Source: Candidatus Poribacteria bacterium (GTDB taxonomy: Bacteria; Poribacteria; WGA-4E; PCPOR2b). Taken from it: a DNA stretch of 64,000 bases. The stretch covers positions 288,001 to 352,000 of the forward strand of contig OZ242326.1 of NCBI GenBank assembly GCA_965208325.1. The letters run 5' to 3'. Made by a program: the position numbers and the translations under genes. Below are positions 1-9,381 of the stretch, piece by piece; position 1 is the stretch's first letter; each line of letters opens with the position of its first letter. The notes under the pieces are model-generated. The model was not told the DNA's origin, did no database searches, and was given only the letters and a program-made list of their open reading frames with translations.

Positions 1-1078
1 ATCGCATGGGCTCGCTAATTTCATTCATTTCGCCCCCGCCTGCGAACACTTGTGTAAAGACGCGTTTGAAATGTTTGCGTCCGACCCATAATGCTAAAAG
101 CCCCAATCCAATCCACGCCCCTTGTGCCTGCTCATCAAAATAGAGGGTACGCCACCCCATGACGCCCAGAAACATCCGCATCATTTTCTGCAAAAGAAAA
201 AAGAACCATGCGGAAAATGCGAGATCTAGAGGCATAAAAAAGGAGAGTCCAATCACAAATGGCTGAAAAGAGATGAGCGTCCGCCCGGTGTAAACCCACG
301 GCTTCTCGCGCGGCGTAATGTTCTGCCACCCCACCGGTATAGCGGGAATGGCAGGGTATAAGGCGTGCAAACCGTTTAACAAACTGATTCCAGCCGCGAT
401 ACCAAAACCGGCCCACATTAGCTTTTTTCTGAAGAATGACGATGGGTCTCTTCCCATTTCCAGAGGCATCCAAGTAATCGGATAAGTAAGTCTCTCGTGT
501 TCCGTGAATTGCCGTCGGATTAGGGTGTTAATACAGATAAGGACAAAATAGATGACGAACGTGAAGGCGGACCAATAGAACATTGGACCAATCCAAGCCT
601 TAAAGCGATGTCGCGTGAAAACGGAGGACTCGCCGAGAAAAAAGCCGCTTAGCACGCTCTTGTCGTTCGTCGTGAACCATGGCGGGATATACTGCAAGAA
701 CAAGTTTCGCCAGTCATTTTCCGCAGTGTCGAACCAGAACGGGTGGGCGAGCGTCCCCACCAATTTGTTCATCGTGGTGTGCCCTGACACCGTTGTTACC
801 ATTACAGCCATCACGTAGATGACTAAAAGGTTTGATGGACTGAGCGCATGCCTAGGAAGGAATTTCCGTAGTAGGAGGTTAAGTAAAATCAGAACAAACA
901 GCGTGAATACGGCGTTGCTGAAGAGCGACATATAGTTGTGCACCAGACCGATGATGAGGTTGTTTACCGAAACCCAATAGGTGTTTACGATAACCACAAC
1001 AAGTCCGATGACTACAACTTTCAGAGGAATGTCAGTAGACTGTTTGTCTTCAATAGGTGGGAATTTTTCCACAGGCAC
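1..1078 (-). CDS. Polytopic membrane protein, DUF6785-like (OPT-transporter-like); 3' end truncated by the window edge
   Basis: Not in the ORF track. Manual minus-strand translation from GTG 1078 (or 1072): VEKFPPIEDK...VVIGLVVVIVNTYWV...AHPFWFDTAENDWRNLFLQYIPPW...LIRRQFTEHERLTYPITWMPLEM..., ending GEMNEISEPMR at the edge. Many TM segments and the RRQxxExERLxYP motif. Confidence 0.75.
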   Translation of the reverse strand, partial: MPVEKFPPIEDKQSTDIPLKVVVIGLVVVIVNTYWVSVNNLIIGLVHNYMSLFSNAVFTLFVLILLNLLLRKFLPRHALSPSNLLVIYVMAVMVTTVSGHTTMNKLVGTLAHPFWFDTAENDWRNLFLQYIPPWFTTNDKSVLSGFFLGESSVFTRHRFKAWIGPMFYWSAFTFVIYFVLICINTLIRRQFTEHERLTYPITWMPLEMGRDPSSFFRKKLMWAGFGIAAGISLLNGLHALYPAIPAIPVGWQNITPREKPWVYTGRTLISFQPFVIGLSFFMPLDLAFSAWFFFLLQKMMRMFLGVMGWRTLYFDEQAQGAWIGLGLLALWVGRKHFKRVFTQVFAGGGEMNEISEPMR

Positions 1079-1218
1079 ATTATCAGAATTTTACCAAAAT
1101 TGGTAGGTGATTGGCTGCCAATTCGTAACGCCAAATTCAATACGGTCACGTCAAGCTGAACGGGAATTGAAGCGAAATTTGCTGCAATTTATGACAATTC
1201 GAAAGGTGGCATTGTCCC

Positions 1219-2196
1219 CTATGCCGGCAGGATGCAATCGAAAAAGTGTTCTATGAATCCCTCGGCGTTTACGCCTACACATACGCGGGCGTTGGTTTTC
1301 AGGGCAGGTCGTCCTTGTCGCAAATCGGCAATCGTCATTCCCTGCGTCAATTGTCCCGATGTTTCTACTTGCACGAAGGCATCAGCTGTATCAAAAAGGT
1401 CCGGCCGGGCTATTAGACCAATAGGAAGTGCATCGTGAATGTAGATACCGTCAAATCCCTCGCGTTGATGATGATACGCCATACTCACTCGTGTAGCGTC
1501 CCGAAGAAACTTTGCCAGTCTATCACTCCGTACACCGCACTCAGCCTTGAGGCGTTCGCTCTTAAGCATGACTCGGTGGGTCACATCCAGTGGCACTAGT
1601 GTAATAGGAACTCCAAAATCAAGTACCCGTTGGGCAGCGTGAGGATCGACGAAAATATTGAATTCAGCCGTTGTCGTGACGTTTCCGTAAGTCTCGAAAG
1701 CCCCTCCCATCAATACTATCTCTTTTATATTACGCATGTGGTTAGGATTCTTGTCCATCGCTTTGGCAATATTTGTGAGAGGCCCAAGGGCAACTAACAC
1801 AAGTTCATTGGGGTGTTGGCAGGCGAGATTAATGATCAAATCGACCGCCGAGGCTGTTGCCAATCGCAGTTCAGGATCCGGATAGGAACGCGAACCATCT
1901 GGTCCATTGAGCTTCGTCACATCCCCTAAGCCATCAGATCCGTGTACGTGCGCCGCCGTCACGAGCGGCTTAACCAGCGGTTGCGGCTCTCCTTGCGCAA
2001 TTATTGGATATTCACCCAAATCCATCGCATTTAAGGTCAGCATTACATTGCGCGTGCAAAAATCTACGTAAACGTTGCCGCTGACCGTCGTGATTGCTTC
2101 AACCTTCATCTCCGGTGTATTTAGTGCTAATATAATGGCTAAGGCATCGTCCACGCCGGTGTCAGTGTCTAATAGAATGCGTTGCATTGATGTCAT
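1219..2196 (-). CDS. Inosine/uridine-preferring nucleoside hydrolase (RihA-like)
   Basis: N-terminal DTDTGVDD motif, plus HGSDGLG, GPLTN, AEFNIFVDPHAA and IHD. Confidence 0.93.
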   Translation of the reverse strand: MTSMQRILLDTDTGVDDALAIILALNTPEMKVEAITTVSGNVYVDFCTRNVMLTLNAMDLGEYPIIAQGEPQPLVKPLVTAAHVHGSDGLGDVTKLNGPDGSRSYPDPELRLATASAVDLIINLACQHPNELVLVALGPLTNIAKAMDKNPNHMRNIKEIVLMGGAFETYGNVTTTAEFNIFVDPHAAQRVLDFGVPITLVPLDVTHRVMLKSERLKAECGVRSDRLAKFLRDATRVSMAYHHQREGFDGIYIHDALPIGLIARPDLFDTADAFVQVETSGQLTQGMTIADLRQGRPALKTNARVCVGVNAEGFIEHFFDCILPA

Positions 2197-2260
2197 TCCC
2201 CGCGAAGGGCAAGCGATAAATCAGACGGTTGCAAACTCGCCCCAAACATTTAAAGCGGTT

Positions 2261-4003
2261 TTATTCGGTCGACAACAGTCCTAGTCCTTCCTGAATTACG
2301 AGTATCTGATTAGGAACGATGTTACGAATTGTGTCAACAACACCGCTTGGCCACCGCACTTCGATGAAGTCAATCTTTTTTCTTTCCCCCAGCCCAAAGT
2401 GCAGGCGGAGATCGTTCTGAGAGAGATAGCCTGAACCACTCCTCACCTCGTCAATCTGCGTTAGGCCCAATGCGCTTATCTTTACCTTTGCTCCGATGCC
2501 CGCCCGATTGCTCTTGGTGCCGATGGTTTTAATCGTAACCCAATTGCACCGGTTCCCCCCATCATTTCGGATAAGGTCGGGCGAATCGCTAGCGTTGCTA
2601 ATCACCAGGTCCAGGTCACCGTCATTATCGTAATCACCAGTTGCAAGCCCGCGGCTTACCTTGAGCAATCCCAGCGCACTCTGCGATTCGGTCATACCGT
2701 TGACAAACACGCCTTTTCCACTATTTATCAGTAGCTGGTTGAGCTGTGCATAGGTGGTTGTATCATCGTATTTCTCGACCTCATCCTGCAAATGCCCGTT
2801 TGCGATGAAGAGATCTTTGTCGCCATCGTTATCCACGTCAAAGAAATCCACGCCCCAGCCGACGTAAGGGAGGCTATACCCCATGCCCGCGATGAACGAA
2901 ACATCGTTGAAGAAACCGTCGCCATCGTTGAAATAAACCGCGTTCGGTTGTTCTTGGTAGTTTAGCGCGACGAGATCGAGAAGTTCATCGTTGTCACAAT
3001 CCCCGAAATCGACCCCCATAGTTCCCTGAACACTGCCATTCTCATCTGCCTCCACGCCGGCCATCCAGCCTACGCTTTCAAAAGTGCCGTCTCCCGCATT
3101 GCGGTAGAGCAAGTTTTCGCCCGCATCGACGCCGACGTAGCAGTCCGCAAACCCGTCATCGTCATAATCACCAAAAACGACCGCCATGCTCCGGCTCTCG
3201 GCGTTGTATACCCCAGCTTCTCGCGTCACATCGGTAAAGGTACCATCGCCATTATTACGATATAGGATGTCCGGTAATCCGGGAAAACTCTCAGGAGGGC
3301 AATACGTCGCTACTCCGTTTTGATTGCAGGATTTGTGTTCTTCCAAGCGAAAGTTGATATAGTTGGTCACGTACAAATCTAAAAAACCGTCGTTATCATA
3401 ATCTGCAAACGCGCAACCGAGGCTCCAGCGAACGTCTCCGACCCCGGAACGTTGTGTAACATCTGTGAAGCTCCCATCACCGTTATTGCGATAGAGTACA
3501 TTTTTGCCAAAATTCGTCACATACAAATCCAAATTGCCGTCGTTATCATAATCGCCGACTGCACATCCGCTGCCGTAACCGGTGTCTCCAACGCCGGCAG
3601 ATTCGGTTACATCGGTAAACGTGCTGTCTCCATTGCTGCGGTAAAGTTTGTTGGTCGGTGGAGTCTTTGAAGTGAAACCGGGAAGGTCTGCTCCGTTGAC
3701 GAAGTAAACGTCCACGAACCCATCCCCGTCGTAGTCGAAAAATGCAACCCCTGATCCGACCGTTTCCAAGAAATACCGTCTACCCCCTCTACCGTCAATA
3801 TGCTGAAATTCAATGTTTGCACTCTCCGTAACAGCGGTGAGCCTTACGTTACTCTCGCAGTTTGTCTCCGCGTTTCCGTCCGTGAAGCCCGCAAATAGGA
3901 TTAGGAATAAGACAATTTTTGCATTACGCAATATCTGATGCACGGTACGTGAAAGGCATGCCGTCAAATGCCCGCCTTCCGTCTTTTCTTTCATCCCATC
4001 CAC
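2261..4003 (-). CDS. CRTAC1 family secreted protein (FG-GAP/VCBS repeats plus ASPIC/UnbV C-terminal domain)
   Basis: Repeated DYDNDG..D motifs, LYRNNGDGTFTDVT repeats, and C-terminal SNRAGIGAKV...GSGYLSQNDLRLHFGLG...VRWPSG. The start abuts the stop of the TPR gene. Confidence 0.9.
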   Translation of the reverse strand: MDGMKEKTEGGHLTACLSRTVHQILRNAKIVLFLILFAGFTDGNAETNCESNVRLTAVTESANIEFQHIDGRGGRRYFLETVGSGVAFFDYDGDGFVDVYFVNGADLPGFTSKTPPTNKLYRSNGDSTFTDVTESAGVGDTGYGSGCAVGDYDNDGNLDLYVTNFGKNVLYRNNGDGSFTDVTQRSGVGDVRWSLGCAFADYDNDGFLDLYVTNYINFRLEEHKSCNQNGVATYCPPESFPGLPDILYRNNGDGTFTDVTREAGVYNAESRSMAVVFGDYDDDGFADCYVGVDAGENLLYRNAGDGTFESVGWMAGVEADENGSVQGTMGVDFGDCDNDELLDLVALNYQEQPNAVYFNDGDGFFNDVSFIAGMGYSLPYVGWGVDFFDVDNDGDKDLFIANGHLQDEVEKYDDTTTYAQLNQLLINSGKGVFVNGMTESQSALGLLKVSRGLATGDYDNDGDLDLVISNASDSPDLIRNDGGNRCNWVTIKTIGTKSNRAGIGAKVKISALGLTQIDEVRSGSGYLSQNDLRLHFGLGERKKIDFIEVRWPSGVVDTIRNIVPNQILVIQEGLGLLSTE

Positions 4004-5583
4004 TACTTCTGCGCCGCCTCGTTCGTTTGACTGTTCAATTGGCTGTCAATCCGTGCGAGATGGTCTAAAATCTGTTGATTGGTCGGATCCAAATCTATCG
4101 CTCGCCGAAGTGTTGACTCTGCCTCCGCGTAGTCGCCCATTACGTAGTAAATGGATGCCAATGCGTCTAGATTATCCGCAGTAGTCTCGGATTCAACAAT
4201 TTCTTGGGTAAGGTCTCGAGCAATCACTAAATGTTCAGCCGATTTTTCGGATCGGCCTTCGCCGCGATAGAGAAACCCGAGCATCAAATGTCCTTTGATG
4301 TATTTGGCGTCAACCCCAACCGCAGTTTCATACACTGAAATTGCCTGCTGCTTTTTATCGTGATGGACATAAATCGTCGCTATTCCGTCGTAAGCTTCTA
4401 ATAGGTTTGGATCCATCTTAACCGCCATTTTATACTGATCGAATGCTTTTTCCGGGTGGTTATTATCAAGGTAAACACGCGCCAACTCCATGTATCCGCG
4501 TGGGTCGTTGGGGACTTCTTGGGTTTTTCTTTCCGCAGCATCAATCGCCTCCTCCAGCTGCCGAAGTTTTCGCGCTATCTCCCGTTCCTTCTTCGCCTCC
4601 TCATGTCTACCAAGTCGCATATAACAACGGGAAAGGTTGTGGTGAAGCCGAAGGTTGTCCCCGCTTTCCGGCAATAATTGTTCGTACTCATTGGCAGCTT
4701 CTTGGTATTTTCCCTGTTGTTGATATGTGAATCCAAGTTCCAAGCGGGCAAAACTGTTATCCGGGGCAATTCGCAATGCTCGCTGAAAATCTTCCATCGC
4801 TTCCGTATACCTCCCCTGTTTCGAATAAACTACGCCGCGGTTACAGTGCACTTCAGACAGGTGCGGCTGTAGAACTAGCGCGCGGTTATAGGCTTCCAGA
4901 GCGGATGAAAACTCCACCTGCATCACATAGATATTTCCCAACCCAAAATGCGCCTGGTATAAACTCGGATCTAACGCAATCGCCGATTGGTAATGTCGGA
5001 TTGCCTCCGATTCACGTCGCTGTGTCGTAAGTGCATCTGCTAATTTCGCGTGCAACCAACCTAGTTTCGGGTCAATTTCAAGCGCAGTTTCATAGTGAGC
5101 GATGGCTTCTTTGTGTTCTCGCCGCTCAGCGAGTATATGTCCGATTCCTACGTGAGCCTTCAGTATCCTATCATTGAGCGTAAGCGCCTTTCGAAAGGCA
5201 TTGAGCGCCTGTTCTGGATGTCCGGTTTGCCAATAAACGTAACCGATTCCACCGTACGCTTCCGCGAACTCTGGGTCTTGGCGAATCACTTTCTGGTATT
5301 CAGTCGACGCCGCATCATATTTTCCCTGATTGGCGAGCTGCTCCGCATGTTGGAAATTCCGTTGTGTAGATTTCGTGGGTTGTGCATAGATTTCCAAACA
5401 CGGAAAAGCCATGATGAGGATGAAAAGTAAACTGCAAAATACAGGTGGTGCATTGCGGTATGGAATCAACTGCTTGAGGCGAGAGATATTCGTCCAACAT
5501 TCGTAGCAGACCGCTATGGTGGCAATATAAACTCGAGAAAAAATATTGGCATGATAGGTAAAATCCGAAAAACTATGCGTCAT
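4003..5583 (-). CDS. Tetratricopeptide repeat protein, probably exported
   Basis: About 11 TPR units (e.g. AEAYGGIGYVY, AHFGLGNIY, VHCNRGVVY) after a hydrophobic segment VFCSLLFILIMAFPCL. The ORF-track start at 5724 overlaps the upstream gene, so the true start is 5583 or later. Confidence 0.85.
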   Translation of the reverse strand: MTHSFSDFTYHANIFSRVYIATIAVCYECWTNISRLKQLIPYRNAPPVFCSLLFILIMAFPCLEIYAQPTKSTQRNFQHAEQLANQGKYDAASTEYQKVIRQDPEFAEAYGGIGYVYWQTGHPEQALNAFRKALTLNDRILKAHVGIGHILAERREHKEAIAHYETALEIDPKLGWLHAKLADALTTQRRESEAIRHYQSAIALDPSLYQAHFGLGNIYVMQVEFSSALEAYNRALVLQPHLSEVHCNRGVVYSKQGRYTEAMEDFQRALRIAPDNSFARLELGFTYQQQGKYQEAANEYEQLLPESGDNLRLHHNLSRCYMRLGRHEEAKKEREIARKLRQLEEAIDAAERKTQEVPNDPRGYMELARVYLDNNHPEKAFDQYKMAVKMDPNLLEAYDGIATIYVHHDKKQQAISVYETAVGVDAKYIKGHLMLGFLYRGEGRSEKSAEHLVIARDLTQEIVESETTADNLDALASIYYVMGDYAEAESTLRRAIDLDPTNQQILDHLARIDSQLNSQTNEAAQK

Positions 5584-5645
5584 AGTTCGGCAGTCCAATG
5601 GCACATCTGACAATTTGCACACATTTGAAGGCATTAGTTGGCTAG

Positions 5646-6386
5646 TTATGCCGCCGGCTTCACAATCCGGAAACCAACATTGTGCACCGCTTGTATGGGT
5701 TCGTAAGCGGCGCGGTTGGCGCACCGTGCTGCAAATTCACCTCGTGCGACCCACGAACCGCCCCGAATTACTTTGCGTCTGCCGCGTACCGGTCCCCGGG
5801 GATTCACCGCCGGTGAATGTTTGTAAGTTTCCGGGTGAAACCAATCGCTGCACCACTCGTAAGCATTACCCGCCGCATCATAGCAGCCATAAACACTGGC
5901 GCCGTCGGGATAACTACCAACGGGCGTGAGCCGCTTGATACGGCTTTCCGACGTGTTCCCTTTGGAAGAGTCCCACTCATCACCCCAGGGATATTCGCGC
6001 CCATCTGTGCCTCTGGCGGCTTTTTCCCATTCCGCTTCGGTCGGGAGGCGAAAAGATTCACCTGTGGACTCCTCGATCCACGCCAAAAATGCCTGTGTGT
6101 CGTACCAGGTCACCCCAACGACGGGACAGTCGGGTGAGTTGAAGCGTGGATTGGAGTGAAACTGTGGAAGTTGATGCCGCGTGATTTCGACGAATTGTAA
6201 GTATTGGGCATTTGTAACATGGTATTTTCCAATATAGTACGCGTCAAGCGTTACCTTTCGCTGCGGTTCTTCGTGATCGGTTTTTCTCATTCCTGCGGGA
6301 TTCGTCCCCATTAGGAATTGACCTTCAGGCACCCTTGCAAGCGGATAGTTAATCTGTTCAATGATTAAATCCTGATTCCCTGACAT
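5646..6386 (-). CDS. SUMF1/formylglycine-generating-enzyme-family (FGE-sulfatase domain) protein
   Basis: Motifs FLMG, VTNAQY, PVVGVTW, RLPTEAEWEKAARG, GNAYEW, RGGSW and VGFR. Confidence 0.9.
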   Translation of the reverse strand: MSGNQDLIIEQINYPLARVPEGQFLMGTNPAGMRKTDHEEPQRKVTLDAYYIGKYHVTNAQYLQFVEITRHQLPQFHSNPRFNSPDCPVVGVTWYDTQAFLAWIEESTGESFRLPTEAEWEKAARGTDGREYPWGDEWDSSKGNTSESRIKRLTPVGSYPDGASVYGCYDAAGNAYEWCSDWFHPETYKHSPAVNPRGPVRGRRKVIRGGSWVARGEFAARCANRAAYEPIQAVHNVGFRIVKPAA

Positions 6387-6472
6387 TCCTTTATCTCAGT
6401 AAACAACCCATGCAGCGTGCATTTCGGCGCGCGGCGTTTTCCTATTGTTAAAGGTTGCCTGTACCTTGTCGT

Positions 6473-7213
6473 TCATGCCCTTCCATAAACTGGAATCGCC
6501 GCGCCGTTGATGATGGCGGAATCATCGGAGGTGAGGAACAAAATTACTTTGGCGATGTCGCTCGGTGATACCCAGCGAGAGTGGTCTTCGTCCGGCATAG
6601 CCTTGCGATTCGCGGGCGTATCGATGATACTGGGCAGGATTGAATTGACATTGATGCCCGAATCTTTTACCTCTTCTGCAATTGACTCTGTGAGTACGCG
6701 GAGACCGCTTTTCGATGCGCAATATGCTCCTAGTCCAGCGATGCCGCTCAAGCCGGCGCGCGCTGAGACGTTCACGATTTTGCCATACCTTCGTTCTATC
6801 ATCTGCGGAATGACGGCTTTGCAGCATAAGAAGGTCGCTTTCAGGTTCAAATCCATCATGAAATCCCATTTCTCCAAATCTGTGTCCGCAACCGGAACTC
6901 CGCCAAAAAAACCGCCCGCGATATTTGCCAATATGTCAATGTGCCCTAGGTCGTCAATTACAGTTTGAAAAAAATTCTCAACCTCGGATTCAACCGTCAG
7001 GTCTGCACTAACGGTCATCACTCGTGATTTCAGTCTGCCTATCTTTTGCTCAAAATCGGAAATGTGACGATTGGACGTGACCGGTATAGCGACTTTACAA
7101 CCTTCCTTAAGCAATGCTTGCGTGACAGCCGCGCCAAGCGCGCCTGTCCCGCCGGTGACCACAGCAGATCGGCTTGGATTTTCCATTCTGGATCCTTTCT
7201 TGCGGGATGCCAT
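6473..7213 (-). CDS. Short-chain dehydrogenase/reductase
   Basis: TGGTGALG, NIAGG and catalytic YCASK. Confidence 0.9.
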   Translation of the reverse strand: MASRKKGSRMENPSRSAVVTGGTGALGAAVTQALLKEGCKVAIPVTSNRHISDFEQKIGRLKSRVMTVSADLTVESEVENFFQTVIDDLGHIDILANIAGGFFGGVPVADTDLEKWDFMMDLNLKATFLCCKAVIPQMIERRYGKIVNVSARAGLSGIAGLGAYCASKSGLRVLTESIAEEVKDSGINVNSILPSIIDTPANRKAMPDEDHSRWVSPSDIAKVILFLTSDDSAIINGAAIPVYGRA

Positions 7214-7272
7214 ACATCATTCGAGAAAACTAGTAATTTGAACCGTAAAAATCTATCTTGTGCCGCTCATGA

Positions 7273-9063
7273 CTATCCATTCTGCAATCGTTCTTCCAGA
7301 GATTCTAGCTCCTGACTTAACGCTGCTGGAAGCCTGTCGCCGAAACGGCGATAGTGTTCCCGGATGCTCTCAACCTCCTGCCGCCACGCTTGAACATTAA
7401 CCGACAAGAGAAGTTCCATATTTTTCGGCGGGATATCTGATCCGCTGATATCAATCGCATCAGGGGTTGGCAAGTAACCAATCGGGGTTTCCACTGCCTT
7501 TCCGTCTCCAGAGACACGTTCGTAGATCCACTTGAGTACACGGCTATTTTCACCATAACCAGGCCAAAGCCATGAACCGTCGGCTGATTTTCTGAACCAA
7601 TTGACGTAGAATATACGTGGCAACTTGTCTGGCTCCGTCTGGCCGCCAATGGTAAGCCAATGCTGAAAGTAATCCCCCATATTGTAGCCGCAAAAGGGCA
7701 GCATCGCCATCGGATCCCGTCTCAATTCCCCCACTTTTCCAGCGGCGGCAGCCGTTTTCTCGGAAGATGCAATTGATCCTATAAACGTGCCGTGTTGCCA
7801 ACTAAGCGCTTCGTGAACGAGCGGCACGACAGCGGCTCGCCGCCCGCCGAAAAGGATGGCTGAAATTGGTACGCCTTTTGGGTCTTCCCAATCTGCATCA
7901 ATCGTTGGGCATTGCGCCGCCGGCGTAGTGTAGCGGGCATTTGGGTGTGCTGCCGTCTTTGGACTCGCCGGTGTCCACGCCTCGCCGAGCCAGCTCGTAA
8001 GTTCTTCAGGTGGTTCCTCCGACATCTCTTCCCACCACACATCGCCGTCTGGTGTCAAAGCAACATTCGTGAAGATCGAATTCGACTCTAGCGTAAACAT
8101 AGCGTTAGGATTCGATTCCATTGAGGTACCGGGCGCTACCCCAAAAAAGCCGGATTCCGGGTTAATCGCATAAAGCCGGCCGTCTGCACCGAACTTCATC
8201 CATGCAATGTCATCACCGACTGTCTCAACTTTCCATCCTGGGATTGTCGGCGTCATCATCGCTAGGTTAGTTTTGCCGCAAGCGCTCGGGAAAGCGGCAG
8301 CAACGTAAATTTTTTCCCCGTTGGGTGGAGTGATGCCTAAGATGAGCATATGTTCAGCCAACCAGCCTTGTTGGCGTGCCATGAAAGAAGCGATTCGCAA
8401 CGAAAAACACTTCTTGCCCAACAAGGCGTTCCCGCCGTAGCCGCTTCCATAAGACCAGATCGACGGTTCATCAGGAAAATGTACAATATATTTGTTGTCG
8501 GGATCGCATGGCCAAGCCGCGTCCTTTTGCCCTTTGTCAAGCGGTGCACCGATTGAATGAAGGCACGGAACGAAATCGCCGTCTTTACCCAAAACCGCCA
8601 GCGCAGCAGTTCCAATGCGAGTCATAATGCGCATATTGACCACTACGTACGGAGAGTCGCTAATCTGAACGCCAATGCGCGAAATCTCAGATCCGAGAGG
8701 TCCCATACTGTACGGTATTACGTACATCGTGCGCCCCTTCATGGAACCGTCAAAAAATTTCGTCATGACAGATTTCATTTCGTCGGCGTCTCGCCAATTG
8801 TTTGTCGGTCCCACATCATCTTCGTCTTTTGTACAGATAAAGGTTCGATCCTCGACGCGGGCTACATCGCCGGGATCGGAGTGGGCTAAGAAGCAGCCGG
8901 GACGTTTTGCCGGATTCAATCGAATAAACGTTCCCGCGTCTACCAGCACGTCGCACAAAGCGTCGTTTTCGGCTTGAGATCCATCGCACCAGTGAATATT
9001 ATCTGGTTGGCAAAGCGCCGCTGTTTCATTTACCCAATTGCGTAATTTTTCATTGTTTGTCAC
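7273..9063 (-). CDS. pckG: Phosphoenolpyruvate carboxykinase (GTP)
   Basis: [50 protein letters not shown] and [21 protein letters not shown] before a GTG start. Confidence 0.97.
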   Translation of the reverse strand: MTNNEKLRNWVNETAALCQPDNIHWCDGSQAENDALCDVLVDAGTFIRLNPAKRPGCFLAHSDPGDVARVEDRTFICTKDEDDVGPTNNWRDADEMKSVMTKFFDGSMKGRTMYVIPYSMGPLGSEISRIGVQISDSPYVVVNMRIMTRIGTAALAVLGKDGDFVPCLHSIGAPLDKGQKDAAWPCDPDNKYIVHFPDEPSIWSYGSGYGGNALLGKKCFSLRIASFMARQQGWLAEHMLILGITPPNGEKIYVAAAFPSACGKTNLAMMTPTIPGWKVETVGDDIAWMKFGADGRLYAINPESGFFGVAPGTSMESNPNAMFTLESNSIFTNVALTPDGDVWWEEMSEEPPEELTSWLGEAWTPASPKTAAHPNARYTTPAAQCPTIDADWEDPKGVPISAILFGGRRAAVVPLVHEALSWQHGTFIGSIASSEKTAAAAGKVGELRRDPMAMLPFCGYNMGDYFQHWLTIGGQTEPDKLPRIFYVNWFRKSADGSWLWPGYGENSRVLKWIYERVSGDGKAVETPIGYLPTPDAIDISGSDIPPKNMELLLSVNVQAWRQEVESIREHYRRFGDRLPAALSQELESLEERLQNG

Positions 9064-9124
9064 TGAATATACCTCCTTTTATGCGTTCTTACACGAATAT
9101 TGGTGGCACTCAGCCACCACGTCT

Positions 9125-9185
9125 TGTAGTCGGGGCATCTTGCCCAGCGTACACCACCGTGCCCTGTAGTCGGGGCATCTTGCCC
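9125..9185 (+). repeat. Two identical 21-bp GTAG-type REP-like units (TGTAGTCGGGGCATCTTGCCC), 40-bp period
   Basis: Copies at 9125-9145 and 9165-9185, each with an internal GGGCA-TCT-TGCCC hairpin. Confidence 0.85.
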
Positions 9186-9234
9186 CGTCCTATGCCGGAG
9201 TACGATATTTGGTAGAATCAAGCGACTGAATGGA

Positions 9235-9264
9235 ATCAACTGAGCGAATAGCGAAGGCCATAGT
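9235..9264 (+). repeat. Dispersed 30-bp repeat (ATCAACTGAGCGAATAGCGAAGGC[C/G]ATAGT)
   Basis: 29/30 identical to 62726-62755. Confidence 0.85.
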
Positions 9265-9381
9265 AAATCCCGCGCGATAGAAGTTCCACCGGTTATTAAG
9301 ACTCAAACGCCAAAGATTGGGATTCCCGCCTAATTTTCAAACGGACGCTTAGTCTGACCGCGTCAATCCGTCTAATTATGA

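Noticed and set aside
135..1159. Three short ORFs listed at the window start
   Set aside because: All are shadows of the long minus-strand membrane-protein frame that runs off the edge.
5584..5724. Extended N-terminus of the TPR protein
   Set aside because: It overlaps the SUMF1-family gene and lies far upstream of the hydrophobic signal-like segment.
9125..9185. Possible mini-CRISPR (two identical 21-bp repeats)
   Set aside because: Only two units, a 19-nt spacer, GTAG-REP structure and no cas genes.
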